Shown here piece after piece: positions 46,223 through 56,929 of a stretch of DNA of 64,000 nt. Both the position numbers and the translations under genes were made by a program. The notes under the pieces are model-generated. The model was given only the letters and a program-made list of their open reading frames with translations. It ran no database searches and was not told the DNA's origin. The number at the start of each line of letters is the position of its first letter. The first letter of the stretch is position 1. Source of the stretch: Erysipelotrichaceae bacterium (GTDB taxonomy: Bacteria > Bacillota_I > Bacilli_A > Erysipelotrichales > Erysipelotrichaceae); assembly GCA_036641395.1 (NCBI GenBank), contig JAVWEY010000004.1:633-64632 (forward strand), in the 5' to 3' direction.

Positions 46223-47189
46223 TTTCTTCAATTAAACCAGCACATAAGCCATATAAATAGGCATCTAAATCAAATGGTCTTAAATCATTTAACGTTTCAC
46301 CTAAGCCTATGTATTTAACTGGTAATCCTAACATATCACGAATTGCGAAAACAATGCCGCCTTTTGCTGTTCCATCCATTTTGGTTAATACAATTCCGGT
46401 TACCTTCGCAACATCTAGAAATACCTGTGCTTGAGAAATACCATTCTGTCCAGTTGTGGCATCAATCACTAACCATACTTCATGAGGTGCTCCTTCAATT
46501 TCACGTTCAACAACCCGTTTCATCTTATCTAGTTCATTCATTAGATTTGTTTTATTTTGAAGTCGTCCAGCTGTATCACCAATTAAATAATCAACCTTAT
46601 GTTCAATTGCATAGCGACAAGCATCATGCATTGCAGCACTAGGGTCCCCGCCTTCAATACCTTTAATACATGGAACATTTAATCTTTCAGCCCATGTTGC
46701 TAATTGATCAATTGCCCCTGCTCGAAAGGTATCAGCAGCAGCTAAACAAACACTCTTACCTTCTTCTTGAAAACGTTTAGTTAACTTAGCCGTAGTTGTC
46801 GTCTTACCACTTCCATTTACACCAACCATTAAGATCAAGGTAGGACCATTTTCATTTACTGATGTCACTACATCATCATGTTCTTGATACATAGCAGCCA
46901 TCTGTTCAATTAAACATTCACTAATTTGATCAAACGAAGTTAATTTACGATCGATTGCCGCATCTTCAACTCGATCAATAATTTTCTGGGCAGTTTTAAT
47001 ACCAATATCAGCTTCTAGTAAAACAATCATTAATTCTTCTAAAAAATCTTCATCAATACCAGTAAAGTTTAAAGCTAATGCACGAATCTTTTGTGAAAAA
47101 CTCTTTTTCGATTTATCTAAACCACTTAAGTAACAATCTGAATCACTTTTTGAAGAAAAAGCTTGTTTAAGTTTTGAAAAGATTCCCAT
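46215..47189 (-). CDS. ftsY: Signal recognition particle receptor FtsY
   Basis: NG domain with GVNGSGKTTT, DTAGR and TKMDGTAKGG. Confidence 0.95.
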   Translation of the reverse strand: MGIFSKLKQAFSSKSDSDCYLSGLDKSKKSFSQKIRALALNFTGIDEDFLEELMIVLLEADIGIKTAQKIIDRVEDAAIDRKLTSFDQISECLIEQMAAMYQEHDDVVTSVNENGPTLILMVGVNGSGKTTTTAKLTKRFQEEGKSVCLAAADTFRAGAIDQLATWAERLNVPCIKGIEGGDPSAAMHDACRYAIEHKVDYLIGDTAGRLQNKTNLMNELDKMKRVVEREIEGAPHEVWLVIDATTGQNGISQAQVFLDVAKVTGIVLTKMDGTAKGGIVFAIRDMLGLPVKYIGLGETLNDLRPFDLDAYLYGLCAGLIEENE

Positions 47190-50122
47190 TATATCACCAC
47201 CTTTGGTTTATCAACAATTTGAATTGCATCTTGAAGTTTAACTTTTAATAATTGTGATACGCCACTTTGTTGCATAGTAACACCATATAAAGCATCACAT
47301 TGAGCCATTGTTCCAGGACGATGAGTCACAACAATAAACTGACTTTCTCCACGGAATTGTGAAATATACTTTGCAAAACGCTCAACATTTGCTTGATCAA
47401 GAGCCGCTTCAACTTCATCAAAAATACATAGCGGCATCGTTCTTGCCTTTAAAATGGAGAATAATACACAAATAGCAATTAAGGATTTTTCACCACCTGA
47501 GAATAAGCGAATATTTTGAACATCCTTTCCAGGAGGTTGAACATCAATATCAATTCCGGTATTTAAGATGTCAGTTGGATCAACCATTACAAGTTCTGCA
47601 CGTCCTCCACCAAACAAAGCTCTAAATACATCATTTAATTCATGATTGATACGATCAAACATATCTTTAAATTGAGTAATCATCGCTCCATCCATTTCAT
47701 CAATAGCCGATAATATTTTAGTTCTTGCATCTTCTAAATCTTGTTTTTGTTTACTCAAGAATTCAAAACGACCACTTACTTCTTCGTATTCTTTTGGTGC
47801 ATCAAGATTAACATTACCAAGTGCTGCTATTTCACTTCTAAGACTTGCGACACTCGCTCTTGCTTCTTGCATATCAATATCTTGTTTTAAGGTTTGAGCA
47901 TGTTCAAATGTCATCTCATACGTTGCAGATAGTCGTTCTAAGGCATTTTCTAATTGTGTTTCACCTTTTACTTGATCTAACTCAATACTTCGCTCATCGT
48001 TTTGTAAGGTATTTAATTCACGACGTAATTCACGAATTTGAAGATCATAACGTTCTGATTCTTGCCCCGCTTTGCTACGACGATCACGTTTTTGCTTCAT
48101 TTCATTCTCTGCATTATCTTTATCACCATAAGCTTTAGAAAGTTTAATAACAATATCATCACTCATACTAACTTCATCACTATCATCAGCTGGTGCAATT
48201 TGTTCATATTCAATCTTTAATCGATCATATTTTGCTTGTTTCGCATCAACAATTGGTTTTAATTGAGCAAGCGATATTTGATATTGAACAATATCATCAT
48301 TCAATTTATCATTCTTTGATTTTAAATCACTCCGCTCATTTTGTAATTGATTATAAAGCATCTGTTGTCCTTCTAATTTAGAAATGATTTGATCTAAATC
48401 TTTTTTAAGGGTTAGTGGTGAATAAGCATCACGGACTTTACCACCAGACATGCTACCACCACGATGAACAATATCGCCTTCCAAAGTAACAATTTTATAA
48501 TTATATTTTAGCAACTTCGCAAGTTCATTCGCATTAATTAAATTATCACTAACTAATACATTTCCCAATAAAGAAGATTTCAAAACATCAAATTCACTAT
48601 CATTATCAACAAATTGACTTGCACATCCTAAATAACCAACACAGTTTTCAGCCAATATTTCATGATCTCTATTTATTCCACGATCACGTAATACATTCAT
48701 TGGTAAAAAAGTTGCTTTACCTGATTGATTCTTCTTTAAATAAGTAATCGCATGTCGTGCAGCAGATGCATCTTGTGTAACAATGTGATAAAGAGCACCA
48801 CCTAATGCAGAAGTAATCGCTTCTTCATAATTATTATGTGGAACTAATAAGGATGAAACTACATCAATTACTCCTTGTAGATTATCTTTCGCATTCATAA
48901 CTGCTTTGACACCGCGTTGATGGTTAAACGGTTCTTTCATTAAGTTCTCTAATAATTCTTTACGATTTTTTAATTTATTCAACATATCTTGAGCAACTCG
49001 ATTTGCTTGTTCACATTTTGATAAGGCGTCTTCCAATTGAATTAGATTTGAACGGCCTAGTTTTAAATCAGATTGAGTATCAAGATAACGTTTATTACGA
49101 TCTTTATACTCATAATTAGCCTCTTCCATCATTTTCTTTAATTCTTTTACCTTTTCAACATTAGAAGCATATTCCATTGCATATTTACGTTTCTCATCCA
49201 TTTCTGTTTTTCTTGCTTCTAAACGAGTAATTTCATTATTTATCTTCATCCACGTTTCTTGTAAAGCTGCTACTTCTCGATCCAAGGTTGACATTTCTTT
49301 TTTTAGTTCTTGATTCTTTAAATCATGAACTTGAATGGTTGTTTCATTTATCACTTTTTTTGAATCTAAATCAAATGCTTTTTTCTTTAACGTTTCTATT
49401 TTACTATTTAAAGTTTCAATTTCATCACAAATAACACTAATTTCAATCTTTTCTAAGATACTCTTTTTTTCTAAATAAATAGTTGCTCTTTTTGCTTGTC
49501 TTTTTAAAGGGTTTACTTGTCGTTCTAATTCTATAATAATATCTTCTAATCGCATTAAATTATCTTGGGTACGATTTAATTTATTAAGACTTTCATTCTT
49601 TCTTTTTTTATATTTCGCAACTCCAGCTGCCTCTTCAAATAAAGCCCGGCGTTCTTCAGGCTTCGCATCAGCAAAGGAAGAAATATTACCTTGTGATATA
49701 ATCGATAAAGAATCTTTACCTAGCCCTGAATCCATTACCATATTTTGAATATCTTTTAAACGACATGGTGTCTTATTAATAAAGTATTCACCTTCACCAC
49801 TTGTGCGATGCAATCGACGAACTACTTCAACTTCTTCGTATTCCACGTTTAAATAGTGTTTGCTATTATCAAACACTAATTTAACTTCAGCCGTATTAAC
49901 CGCTTTACGTTGTTGAGAGCCACTAAAAATTACATCACTCATATTATTACCACGTAGTGACTTAACGCTCTGCTCTCCAAGAACCCATCGAATCGCATCA
50001 TTTATGTTGCTTTTACCACAACCATTCGGCCCGACAATACCAATTACATCCGAATCAAAGGTTATGATAACTTTATCAGCAAATGACTTAAAACCTTGTA
50101 ATTCAATTCGTTTAAGAAACAT
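47189..50122 (-). CDS. smc: Chromosome condensation protein SMC (short, about 977 aa)
   Basis: Walker A GPNGCGKSN, central hinge, signature LSGGEK, and Walker B LCIFDEVEAALD. ATG 50122 (MFLKRIELQGFKSF) is 9 nt after GGAAGGA. Confidence 0.95.
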   Translation of the reverse strand: MFLKRIELQGFKSFADKVIITFDSDVIGIVGPNGCGKSNINDAIRWVLGEQSVKSLRGNNMSDVIFSGSQQRKAVNTAEVKLVFDNSKHYLNVEYEEVEVVRRLHRTSGEGEYFINKTPCRLKDIQNMVMDSGLGKDSLSIISQGNISSFADAKPEERRALFEEAAGVAKYKKRKNESLNKLNRTQDNLMRLEDIIIELERQVNPLKRQAKRATIYLEKKSILEKIEISVICDEIETLNSKIETLKKKAFDLDSKKVINETTIQVHDLKNQELKKEMSTLDREVAALQETWMKINNEITRLEARKTEMDEKRKYAMEYASNVEKVKELKKMMEEANYEYKDRNKRYLDTQSDLKLGRSNLIQLEDALSKCEQANRVAQDMLNKLKNRKELLENLMKEPFNHQRGVKAVMNAKDNLQGVIDVVSSLLVPHNNYEEAITSALGGALYHIVTQDASAARHAITYLKKNQSGKATFLPMNVLRDRGINRDHEILAENCVGYLGCASQFVDNDSEFDVLKSSLLGNVLVSDNLINANELAKLLKYNYKIVTLEGDIVHRGGSMSGGKVRDAYSPLTLKKDLDQIISKLEGQQMLYNQLQNERSDLKSKNDKLNDDIVQYQISLAQLKPIVDAKQAKYDRLKIEYEQIAPADDSDEVSMSDDIVIKLSKAYGDKDNAENEMKQKRDRRSKAGQESERYDLQIRELRRELNTLQNDERSIELDQVKGETQLENALERLSATYEMTFEHAQTLKQDIDMQEARASVASLRSEIAALGNVNLDAPKEYEEVSGRFEFLSKQKQDLEDARTKILSAIDEMDGAMITQFKDMFDRINHELNDVFRALFGGGRAELVMVDPTDILNTGIDIDVQPPGKDVQNIRLFSGGEKSLIAICVLFSILKARTMPLCIFDEVEAALDQANVERFAKYISQFRGESQFIVVTHRPGTMAQCDALYGVTMQQSGVSQLLKVKLQDAIQIVDKPKVVI

Positions 50123-50189
50123 AGACAAACATCCTTCCGTTTAGATAAACGTCTCATTAACACGTCCTTTTTATTATAACATAAACTAT

Positions 50190-50218
50190 TTGGTATTTAA
50201 AAGTAATTGTGATAGAAT
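50190..50218 (+). promoter_or_regulatory. Sigma-A-type promoter of the hemolysin-III gene
   Basis: TTGGTA (50190-50195), a 17-nt spacer, then TGaTAGAAT, an extended -10 (50213-50218). Confidence 0.5.
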
Positions 50219-50242
50219 AAGGTCGATTAGGGAGGGATTTTC

Positions 50243-50896
50243 ATGAGAGAAAATGGACTTAGAAACATCTATGAAGTCTCAACCAGCGAAGAAGCAGCAA
50301 ACGCAATCACCCATGTAATTATGTCAATTACATGTTTAATTGTAATTGCCCCATCCGCGATTGATGCTTATTTAAAAGGTGGTACACTTCAAGCTACTGG
50401 CGTTACCATTTTTATTCTTTGTTTATTCGCCATGTTTACAGGCTCTGCTTTTTATCACTTAATGCCATTCAACACGACTTATAAATTTGTATCACGACTA
50501 TTCGATCATATTTTTATATATTTTGCGATTGCTGGTACCTATACCCCCATCGCTTTATGTTTAATTCAAGGATGGCAAGGAGCACTAATTCTAATCATTC
50601 AATGGAGTATGGTATTCATTGGTATCTTTTATAAACTATTCGCAAAGAAGAGTATCCCATGGTTATCAGTTGGTATATATCTTGTAATGGGGTGGTCAGC
50701 AATTATGTTCATGCCGACCTTAATCGCTCAATCATCAACGATGTTTTTATCCTTAATTATATTAGGTGGTGTCTTATATTCAATAGGTGTTTATTTTTAT
50801 TCACAAAAGAAAAAGAAATATTTTCATGCGATTTGGCATATATGCATCAATCTAGCAAGTATTGCTCACTTTGTTGCGATTGTTTTCTATATCTAA
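50243..50896 (+). CDS. Hemolysin III / PAQR-family membrane protein
   Basis: 7-TM protein with conserved His motifs (AFYHL, FDHIFIY, HAIWHI). AGGGAGG SD. Confidence 0.85.
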   Translation: MRENGLRNIYEVSTSEEAANAITHVIMSITCLIVIAPSAIDAYLKGGTLQATGVTIFILCLFAMFTGSAFYHLMPFNTTYKFVSRLFDHIFIYFAIAGTYTPIALCLIQGWQGALILIIQWSMVFIGIFYKLFAKKSIPWLSVGIYLVMGWSAIMFMPTLIAQSSTMFLSLIILGGVLYSIGVYFYSQKKKKYFHAIWHICINLASIAHFVAIVFYI

Positions 50897-50925
50897 ACCA
50901 ATCGACGCTTCGCCTATTATTGTGT

Positions 50926-50958
50926 TAAAAAAACGACTTTCAAAAGTCGCTTTTTTTT
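50926..50958. terminator. Bidirectional terminator between the convergent hlyIII and rseP genes
   Basis: Short stem cgactt/aagtcg (50934-50939 / 50944-50949) with an A7 run on the 5' side and a T9 run on the 3' side. Confidence 0.5.
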
Positions 50959-52009
50959 AGAAGAAAATTCTTGATATATCATTCCATGTCGCAAAGACCA
51001 TTAACCCAACTAAGAGCAATACTCCAGCCATCATTAAACCATTTTCAAAACGTTCACTCATTTTACGTCCCGATATTTTTTCACAAACGGTAATAACGAT
51101 TCTTCCCCCATCCATAACTGGGATTGGAATCAAATTAAAGATACCAATATTTAAAGAAAACATTGCTAATAAATTAAGTAAAGATAAAAAACCATTAGCA
51201 GCTGTTTTAGCCGTAATCTCAAAGATACCAACTGGGCCAGACAAATTTTGTAATCCAATTCCTTTTATTAAATTCGCAAATGCATCAAAGATCGCAGTCG
51301 ACATTGCTAACATATTTTTAGTTCCATAATTAAATGCTTCATACCAAGCAATTCTTTTTACGTTACTAGGTAGACTAATACCTAAATAATATCGATTCTC
51401 ATCTTTTAGATAAGCTGGTTTACAAGTGATTTTAATTGCTTTTCCATCTCGATCTATTTGATATATCGCCTTATCTTTAGGATAGTTTTGTAATTCCATC
51501 ATAATTTCATTAAATGTATCAGGAACAATCGAATCACCATTTTCAAAAGTAACCTTTTTAATTAAATCACCGGATTGAAATCCTGCAATTTCCGCTGGAC
51601 TGTTTTCAACTGTACCAATTACTTCGGCTGGTGCATCTTCAATAACAGCACCTTGATACATCGTAATTCCAACCATGATAATCCATGCAAGTAGAACATT
51701 CATCACTGCTCCTGCAGCCATAACCACTACTTGTTTCCATACTTTGATACCTTTTATTGTTCTTTCAAAAGGAACATCGAAGTCTTCGCCTTCTTCTCCG
51801 GCCATCTGTACAAAACCACCAAGTGGCAAAGCACGAAGTGCATATGTTGTTTCACCAATTTTTTTCTTATATAAAGCAGGTCCCATTCCTAAAGAAAATT
51901 CTGCACAATATACACCAAAATGTTTTGCACATATAAAGTGTCCTAATTCATGAACAAAGACAATAACGCTTAAAATAATAATAAAATAAATAATTGACAT
52001 AAAACTCAT
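50957..52009 (-). CDS. rseP: Site-2 zinc metalloprotease RseP/RasP (M50)
   Basis: HELGH motif in TM1, a central PDZ region, and the C-terminal NLIPIPVMDGG. Confidence 0.92.
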   Translation of the reverse strand: MSFMSIIYFIIILSVIVFVHELGHFICAKHFGVYCAEFSLGMGPALYKKKIGETTYALRALPLGGFVQMAGEEGEDFDVPFERTIKGIKVWKQVVVMAAGAVMNVLLAWIIMVGITMYQGAVIEDAPAEVIGTVENSPAEIAGFQSGDLIKKVTFENGDSIVPDTFNEIMMELQNYPKDKAIYQIDRDGKAIKITCKPAYLKDENRYYLGISLPSNVKRIAWYEAFNYGTKNMLAMSTAIFDAFANLIKGIGLQNLSGPVGIFEITAKTAANGFLSLLNLLAMFSLNIGIFNLIPIPVMDGGRIVITVCEKISGRKMSERFENGLMMAGVLLLVGLMVFATWNDISRIFF

Positions 52010-53164
52010 TTAAAAACTCCCCCTCCATTTTTGTTCAACAAAGATTCTTGCCTGTCGATCACTTTCAAGTAAATCATCCAAACTAGGATTTTCAATAAAA
52101 GGAAGTGCCTTATAAGCCGCAAAAATAGCTGTTTCAATATCTAAGAAACTAATTTTTTTATTCAAAAATAAAGCAACCGCACTTTCATCAGCAGCATTGA
52201 TTATTGCACCTAAATTACCACCTCTTTTACCCGCTTGATAAGCAAGTTCAAGTAAAGGATAACGTTCATAATCGCAAACGTCAAAGTGCAAGGTAGCTAT
52301 ATCTAATAAATTCAAAGGATTGCTCTTCTTTAATTCTATGCGATGAGGATAAGATAATGCATATTGAATTGGTAAACGCATGTCAGCATTACCTAGTTGA
52401 GCCATAACACTGTGATCAATATATTGAACCATGGAATGAATAATACTCTCACGATGAATTAAAACATCAATATTTTCATAAGCAATATCAAATAAATAAT
52501 GGGCTTCAATTACTTCAAAGCCTTTATTCATCATTGTTGCACTATCAATCGTAATTCTTCCACCCATACTCCAATTTGGATGATGAAGAGCTTGCTTTGC
52601 TGTTACATCTTTTAATTGTTCTCGTGTTTTATCTCGAAAAGAGCCACCACTTGCGGTAATAATTAATTTATCAACTGCTGTTTTTTCATTACCTTGTATA
52701 CACTGAAAAATTGCACAATGCTCTGAATCAATCGGTAACATCGTACCATTAAAATCCTTTAAAGCTTGTTTTATTAACATGCCTCCAGCAACTAAAGATT
52801 CTTTATTTGCTAAAGCTAATATTTTATGATGTTTAATTGTTTCAAGGCTTGGTAACAAACCACGAAAACCAACCAATGCGTTGACAACGATATCACCACT
52901 ATTTAGTCCACACAACTCACATAAACCCGCTTCTCCATGATGAAAGATAATATTAGGATATTGAGGAATAAGTTCAATCATATCTTGCTCATCACTCACG
53001 CAGACATCAAGTGGATGAACAATACTTATGATTTCATGAAGTTGTTTTATATTGTGTCCAACACTACAAGCGATTATTTTGAATTCATCTTGATGATTTT
53101 CCACAACATCAATTGTCTGTAAACCAATTGAACCACTGGCACCTAATAAAATGATTTCTTTCAT
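52010..53164 (-). CDS. dxr: 1-deoxy-D-xylulose-5-phosphate reductoisomerase
   Basis: MKEIILLGASGSIGLQT N-terminus. ATGA overlap with the cdsA stop. The track extension is spurious. Confidence 0.93.
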   Translation of the reverse strand: MKEIILLGASGSIGLQTIDVVENHQDEFKIIACSVGHNIKQLHEIISIVHPLDVCVSDEQDMIELIPQYPNIIFHHGEAGLCELCGLNSGDIVVNALVGFRGLLPSLETIKHHKILALANKESLVAGGMLIKQALKDFNGTMLPIDSEHCAIFQCIQGNEKTAVDKLIITASGGSFRDKTREQLKDVTAKQALHHPNWSMGGRITIDSATMMNKGFEVIEAHYLFDIAYENIDVLIHRESIIHSMVQYIDHSVMAQLGNADMRLPIQYALSYPHRIELKKSNPLNLLDIATLHFDVCDYERYPLLELAYQAGKRGGNLGAIINAADESAVALFLNKKISFLDIETAIFAAYKALPFIENPSLDDLLESDRQARIFVEQKWRGSF

Positions 53165-53937
53165 AGTATAATCACCACCAAAATAAAGTAAAAACAAATA
53201 ATATTAAAGATTAAAGAATCTAAACGATCTAAGATACCACCATGCCCTGGTAATAAATTAGAAAAGTCTTTAATATTATAAGAACGTTTAATTGCACTAA
53301 AACTAAGATCACCAATTTGTGCGGTTATTGGTAATATAATCGATACAATCCCAACCTCAGTAATCGTTAAACTCTGCACGAAGAAATAACCAAAAGCAAA
53401 AGCAAACAATGCTCCAAAGAACCATCCACCAATGGCACCTTCAATGGTTTTCTTAGGTGAAATTCGTGTGTTTAATTTATGTTTCCCAAAGAAATAACCG
53501 GTAAAATAAGCAAAGGTATCACAAGCATACGTTGCAAATATAATCAACCAAATATATTTTGGATCTCTTCCATATATAAGTAAAAAAGCAGAACCTAACA
53601 TATAAAAGAAAATTAGATAAGTTATATAAATAAAAGCATCTTTCGCTGTAAAATTATCCGTAAATACTGGAATTGATAAAATGCATAACATAAAGATACC
53701 AAATAAAGGTATCGCATATTTTTGTGGTACGACAATTAAAATAACAACTAAAATCATCATCACTACTTTTGTATATTTCGACCACTCTTGATTATGATGA
53801 TCACTTAAAGAAAGCAATTCAATTGCCCCAGCAACAATAATAATACCGATTAAAACATCAAGCAATACACCACCTAATAGTAATGCAGGAATAATAAGTG
53901 CTAATATTCCAAGTGTAGTGAAAAATCTTACTTTCAT
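53161..53937 (-). CDS. cdsA: Phosphatidate cytidylyltransferase
   Basis: Polytopic protein with the C-terminal signature SAIKRSYNIKDFSNLLPGHGGILDRLDS. Confidence 0.92.
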   Translation of the reverse strand: MKVRFFTTLGILALIIPALLLGGVLLDVLIGIIIVAGAIELLSLSDHHNQEWSKYTKVVMMILVVILIVVPQKYAIPLFGIFMLCILSIPVFTDNFTAKDAFIYITYLIFFYMLGSAFLLIYGRDPKYIWLIIFATYACDTFAYFTGYFFGKHKLNTRISPKKTIEGAIGGWFFGALFAFAFGYFFVQSLTITEVGIVSIILPITAQIGDLSFSAIKRSYNIKDFSNLLPGHGGILDRLDSLIFNIICFYFILVVIIL

Positions 53938-53938
53938 A

Positions 53939-54643
53939 CTACAACCCTCCAAATCGACGATTACGAGTTTGATACTCTTCTAAACATTTATTTAATTCTT
54001 CATTCGTAAAGTCAGGCCATGCTACCGGTGTAAAAATTAACTCAGAATAAGCTAATTGCCAAAGTAAAAAATTCGAAATTCTCTGTTCTCCACTCGTGCG
54101 AATTAAAAGATCAACATCTGGAAGATCCTTTGTCATTAAATATTCTTCAAAATCTTTAGTTTCGATTTCTAATTTTTTCTCATCTTTTAAAACATCTTGA
54201 GCATATTTCTTAGCTGCTAATAAAATCTCTCTCTGTGAACCATAATTAACTGCTAACGTTAAAATTAACCCAGTATTCATACTCGTCTCTTCGATTGCTG
54301 TTTCAATTATTTTTCTTGTATCACTTGGAAAATATTCTATTTCTCCAAGTGATAATACTTTAATATTATTCTTCTTTAGTTCTGCTAAATAGCGATTAAA
54401 AAACATTTTAGGTAATAATTTTGATAAATAATTTACTTCTTCTTCAGGACGTTTCCAATTTTCCGTAGAAAAGGCATATACCGTTAAAGCTTTAATACCC
54501 AAATCATTACAAGCAATTGCAATTTTACGAATATTTTCAGCACCTTGTTTATGGCCTGCGGTTCTTGGTAGTCCTCTCTTTTTTGCCCACCGACCATTTC
54601 CATCCATTATAATAGCAATATGTTTTGGTAAATTAGTATACAT
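53939..54643 (-). CDS. uppS: Undecaprenyl-diphosphate synthase
   Basis: HIAIIMDGNGRWA motif. ATG 54643 follows GGAGGTAAAATA. Confidence 0.93.
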   Translation of the reverse strand: MYTNLPKHIAIIMDGNGRWAKKRGLPRTAGHKQGAENIRKIAIACNDLGIKALTVYAFSTENWKRPEEEVNYLSKLLPKMFFNRYLAELKKNNIKVLSLGEIEYFPSDTRKIIETAIEETSMNTGLILTLAVNYGSQREILLAAKKYAQDVLKDEKKLEIETKDFEEYLMTKDLPDVDLLIRTSGEQRISNFLLWQLAYSELIFTPVAWPDFTNEELNKCLEEYQTRNRRFGGL

Positions 54644-54714
54644 TATTTTACCTCCTAAAAGTAAGACCCACAAGTTGTGGGCCGATTACAGTATTAGTAT
54701 ATCATAAATTTGAA

Positions 54715-55260
54715 TTATACCGACATAATTTCTTTTGTTTTTGTTTCAATAATCTTATCAATTTTTTTAATAAAATCATCGGTAATCTTTTGAACTTTTT
54801 CTTGAGCTTGTTTACTAGTATCTTCACTGAATTCTTTATTCTTTTTAATTAATTCATTTGATTCACGACGAACATTACGTACGACAATCTTTGCTTCTTC
54901 ACCCATTTTATGAGCTGATTTAGAAAGTTCGATACGTCTTTCTTCCGTAAGAGATGGAACATTGATACGAATAAGTTCCCCATCATTTTGTGGTACTAAG
55001 CCTAAATCAGCCATTGAAATAGCATGTTCAATTGCTTTTAATAAACTCTTATCAAAGGCTTTAATAACTAATTGGCGGCCTTCAACGACATTAATGCTCG
55101 CTACCTGATTAATCGGCGTCATACTTCCATAATAATCAATGCTCACTCGCTCAAGAATCGTTGGATTCGCACGTCCTGTACGAATTGTTTGTAACGAAGA
55201 TGATAAACTTGTAATTGCTTTATCCATCTTTTGTGATGTTTTATCTAGAATTTCTTGCAT
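54715..55260 (-). CDS. frr: Ribosome recycling factor
   Basis: 181 aa. IRTGRANPTILE motif. Confidence 0.95.
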   Translation of the reverse strand: MQEILDKTSQKMDKAITSLSSSLQTIRTGRANPTILERVSIDYYGSMTPINQVASINVVEGRQLVIKAFDKSLLKAIEHAISMADLGLVPQNDGELIRINVPSLTEERRIELSKSAHKMGEEAKIVVRNVRRESNELIKKNKEFSEDTSKQAQEKVQKITDDFIKKIDKIIETKTKEIMSV

Positions 55261-55272
55261 ATAAGCTCCTTT

Positions 55273-55977
55273 CTACTTGTGAATCAAAGTTCCTGATATT
55301 TCTTCTTTTACTGCTTTTAAAATATTTCCGGATTCATTCATATTAAATACAACCAAATCAATATCATTATCCATACACATTGATGTTGCGGTTGTATCCA
55401 TTACGGCTAAGCCTTGTTGAATAAGATCCATATAAGTTAGTTTATCATACTTTACGGCTTTTGGGTTAGTTTTTGGATCTGCATTATAAACTCCATCAAC
55501 TCCATTTTTAGCCATTAAAATTACATCTGCGCGAATTTCTGATGCACGAAGCGCTGCTGTTGTATCCGTTGAAAAATATGGATTGCCGGTTCCAGCTCCA
55601 AAAATAACGATTCTTCCCTTTTCTAAATGACGTAGAGCTCTACGTACAATAAAAGGCTCTGCAACTTTCTGCATTTCAATTGCGGTTTGAACCCGTGTTG
55701 GTACCCCTTCTTGTTCCAGGGCACTTTGAACTGCAAGCGCATTGATAACGGTCGCAAGCATCCCCATGTAATCAGCTTGTACTCTTTCAATTCCAACTTG
55801 TTCTGCAAGTTTTCCACGAATAAAGTTACCACCACCTACAACAATTGCTAAATCAACACCTAATTCATGAACTTCTTTTAATTCCTTCGCAAGATTTTTT
55901 AAAATTTGAGGATCAAAAGAATTACCAGGAGAAGATAGTGCTTCACCACTTAACTTTAATAATACGCGTTTGTACAT
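55273..55977 (-). CDS. pyrH: UMP kinase
   Basis: [14 protein letters not shown]-terminus. ATG 55977 preferred over the track GTG 55986. Confidence 0.95.
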   Translation of the reverse strand: MYKRVLLKLSGEALSSPGNSFDPQILKNLAKELKEVHELGVDLAIVVGGGNFIRGKLAEQVGIERVQADYMGMLATVINALAVQSALEQEGVPTRVQTAIEMQKVAEPFIVRRALRHLEKGRIVIFGAGTGNPYFSTDTTAALRASEIRADVILMAKNGVDGVYNADPKTNPKAVKYDKLTYMDLIQQGLAVMDTTATSMCMDNDIDLVVFNMNESGNILKAVKEEISGTLIHK

Positions 55978-56022
55978 CGTTTTCACAATTCCTTTCTTTA
56001 AAAAAAGGACACAAAGTGCCCT

Positions 56023-56910
56023 CTATTTTTTAATCTGATTCATAACCTCTTCTGCGAAGTTTTCTTCACGTTTGCTCATACCTTCACCAACCGCATAGCG
56101 AACAAAACTAGCAACTTCTGTGTTAGCTTCTTTTAAATATTGATTTACTTTCAAATCAGGATTTTTAAAGAATGGTTGTTCAACTAAACACATGTCTTGA
56201 AGATTCTTAGAAACACGACCTTCAATAATACCCTTAAGTACTTTTTCAGGTTTGTTTGCAAGTTTCTCATCATTATTTGTAATTTCAGTTTGAACACTAC
56301 GTTCATGATCTACAATATCTTTTGGCATATCATCGCGAGTTAAATAAAGAGGAGACATGGAAGCAACTTGCATTGCGATATCTTTCGCAACTTCTTCATT
56401 ATCTGAATTCTTTAAAATAACTGCAGCAGAAATTTTTCCACCCATATGCATATAGCAACCGAAGATATCATTATCATTCTTGTTAAGAACACTAATTCTA
56501 CGAAGACTGATTTTTTCTCCAATTGTAGCTGTTGTTTCAGTAATTAATTCTTCAACAGTTTTAGTATCTACAACACATGCTAAAGCAGCTTGTAAATCAG
56601 CTGGCTTTGCATTTAAGAAAGTTGTTTTCAATACTTCTAATAAATTTAAGAATTGATCATTTTTTGCAACGAAATCTGTTTCTGAATTAACTTCAAAAAT
56701 AATCGCTGTATTATTAACACAAGCAACGCGACTTAAACCTTCTGCCGCAATACGATCTGCTTTTTTTGCTGCTTTTGAAATTCCTTTTTCACGTAACCAG
56801 TCAATTGATTTACTAAGATCGCCATCACACTCAGTTAAGGCTTTCTTACAATCCATCATTCCGGCTCCAGTTTTATCTCTTAATTCTTTTACACTCTGAG
56901 CTGTAATCAT
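56023..56910 (-). CDS. tsf: Elongation factor Ts
   Basis: MITAQSVKELRDKTGAGMMDCKKAL N-terminus. AGGAGG SD before ATG 56910. The track extension is spurious. Confidence 0.95.
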   Translation of the reverse strand: MITAQSVKELRDKTGAGMMDCKKALTECDGDLSKSIDWLREKGISKAAKKADRIAAEGLSRVACVNNTAIIFEVNSETDFVAKNDQFLNLLEVLKTTFLNAKPADLQAALACVVDTKTVEELITETTATIGEKISLRRISVLNKNDNDIFGCYMHMGGKISAAVILKNSDNEEVAKDIAMQVASMSPLYLTRDDMPKDIVDHERSVQTEITNNDEKLANKPEKVLKGIIEGRVSKNLQDMCLVEQPFFKNPDLKVNQYLKEANTEVASFVRYAVGEGMSKREENFAEEVMNQIKK

Positions 56911-56929
56911 CTTTACAATTCCTCCTGTA

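Noticed and set aside
50659-50928. 89-aa plus-strand ORF overlapping the 3' half of the hemolysin-III gene in another frame. Likewise the same-strand internal ORFs 43809..44000, 55623..55835, 21389..21583 and 62087..62287.
   Set aside because: They are alternative frames of confidently identified genes, with no independent translation signals.
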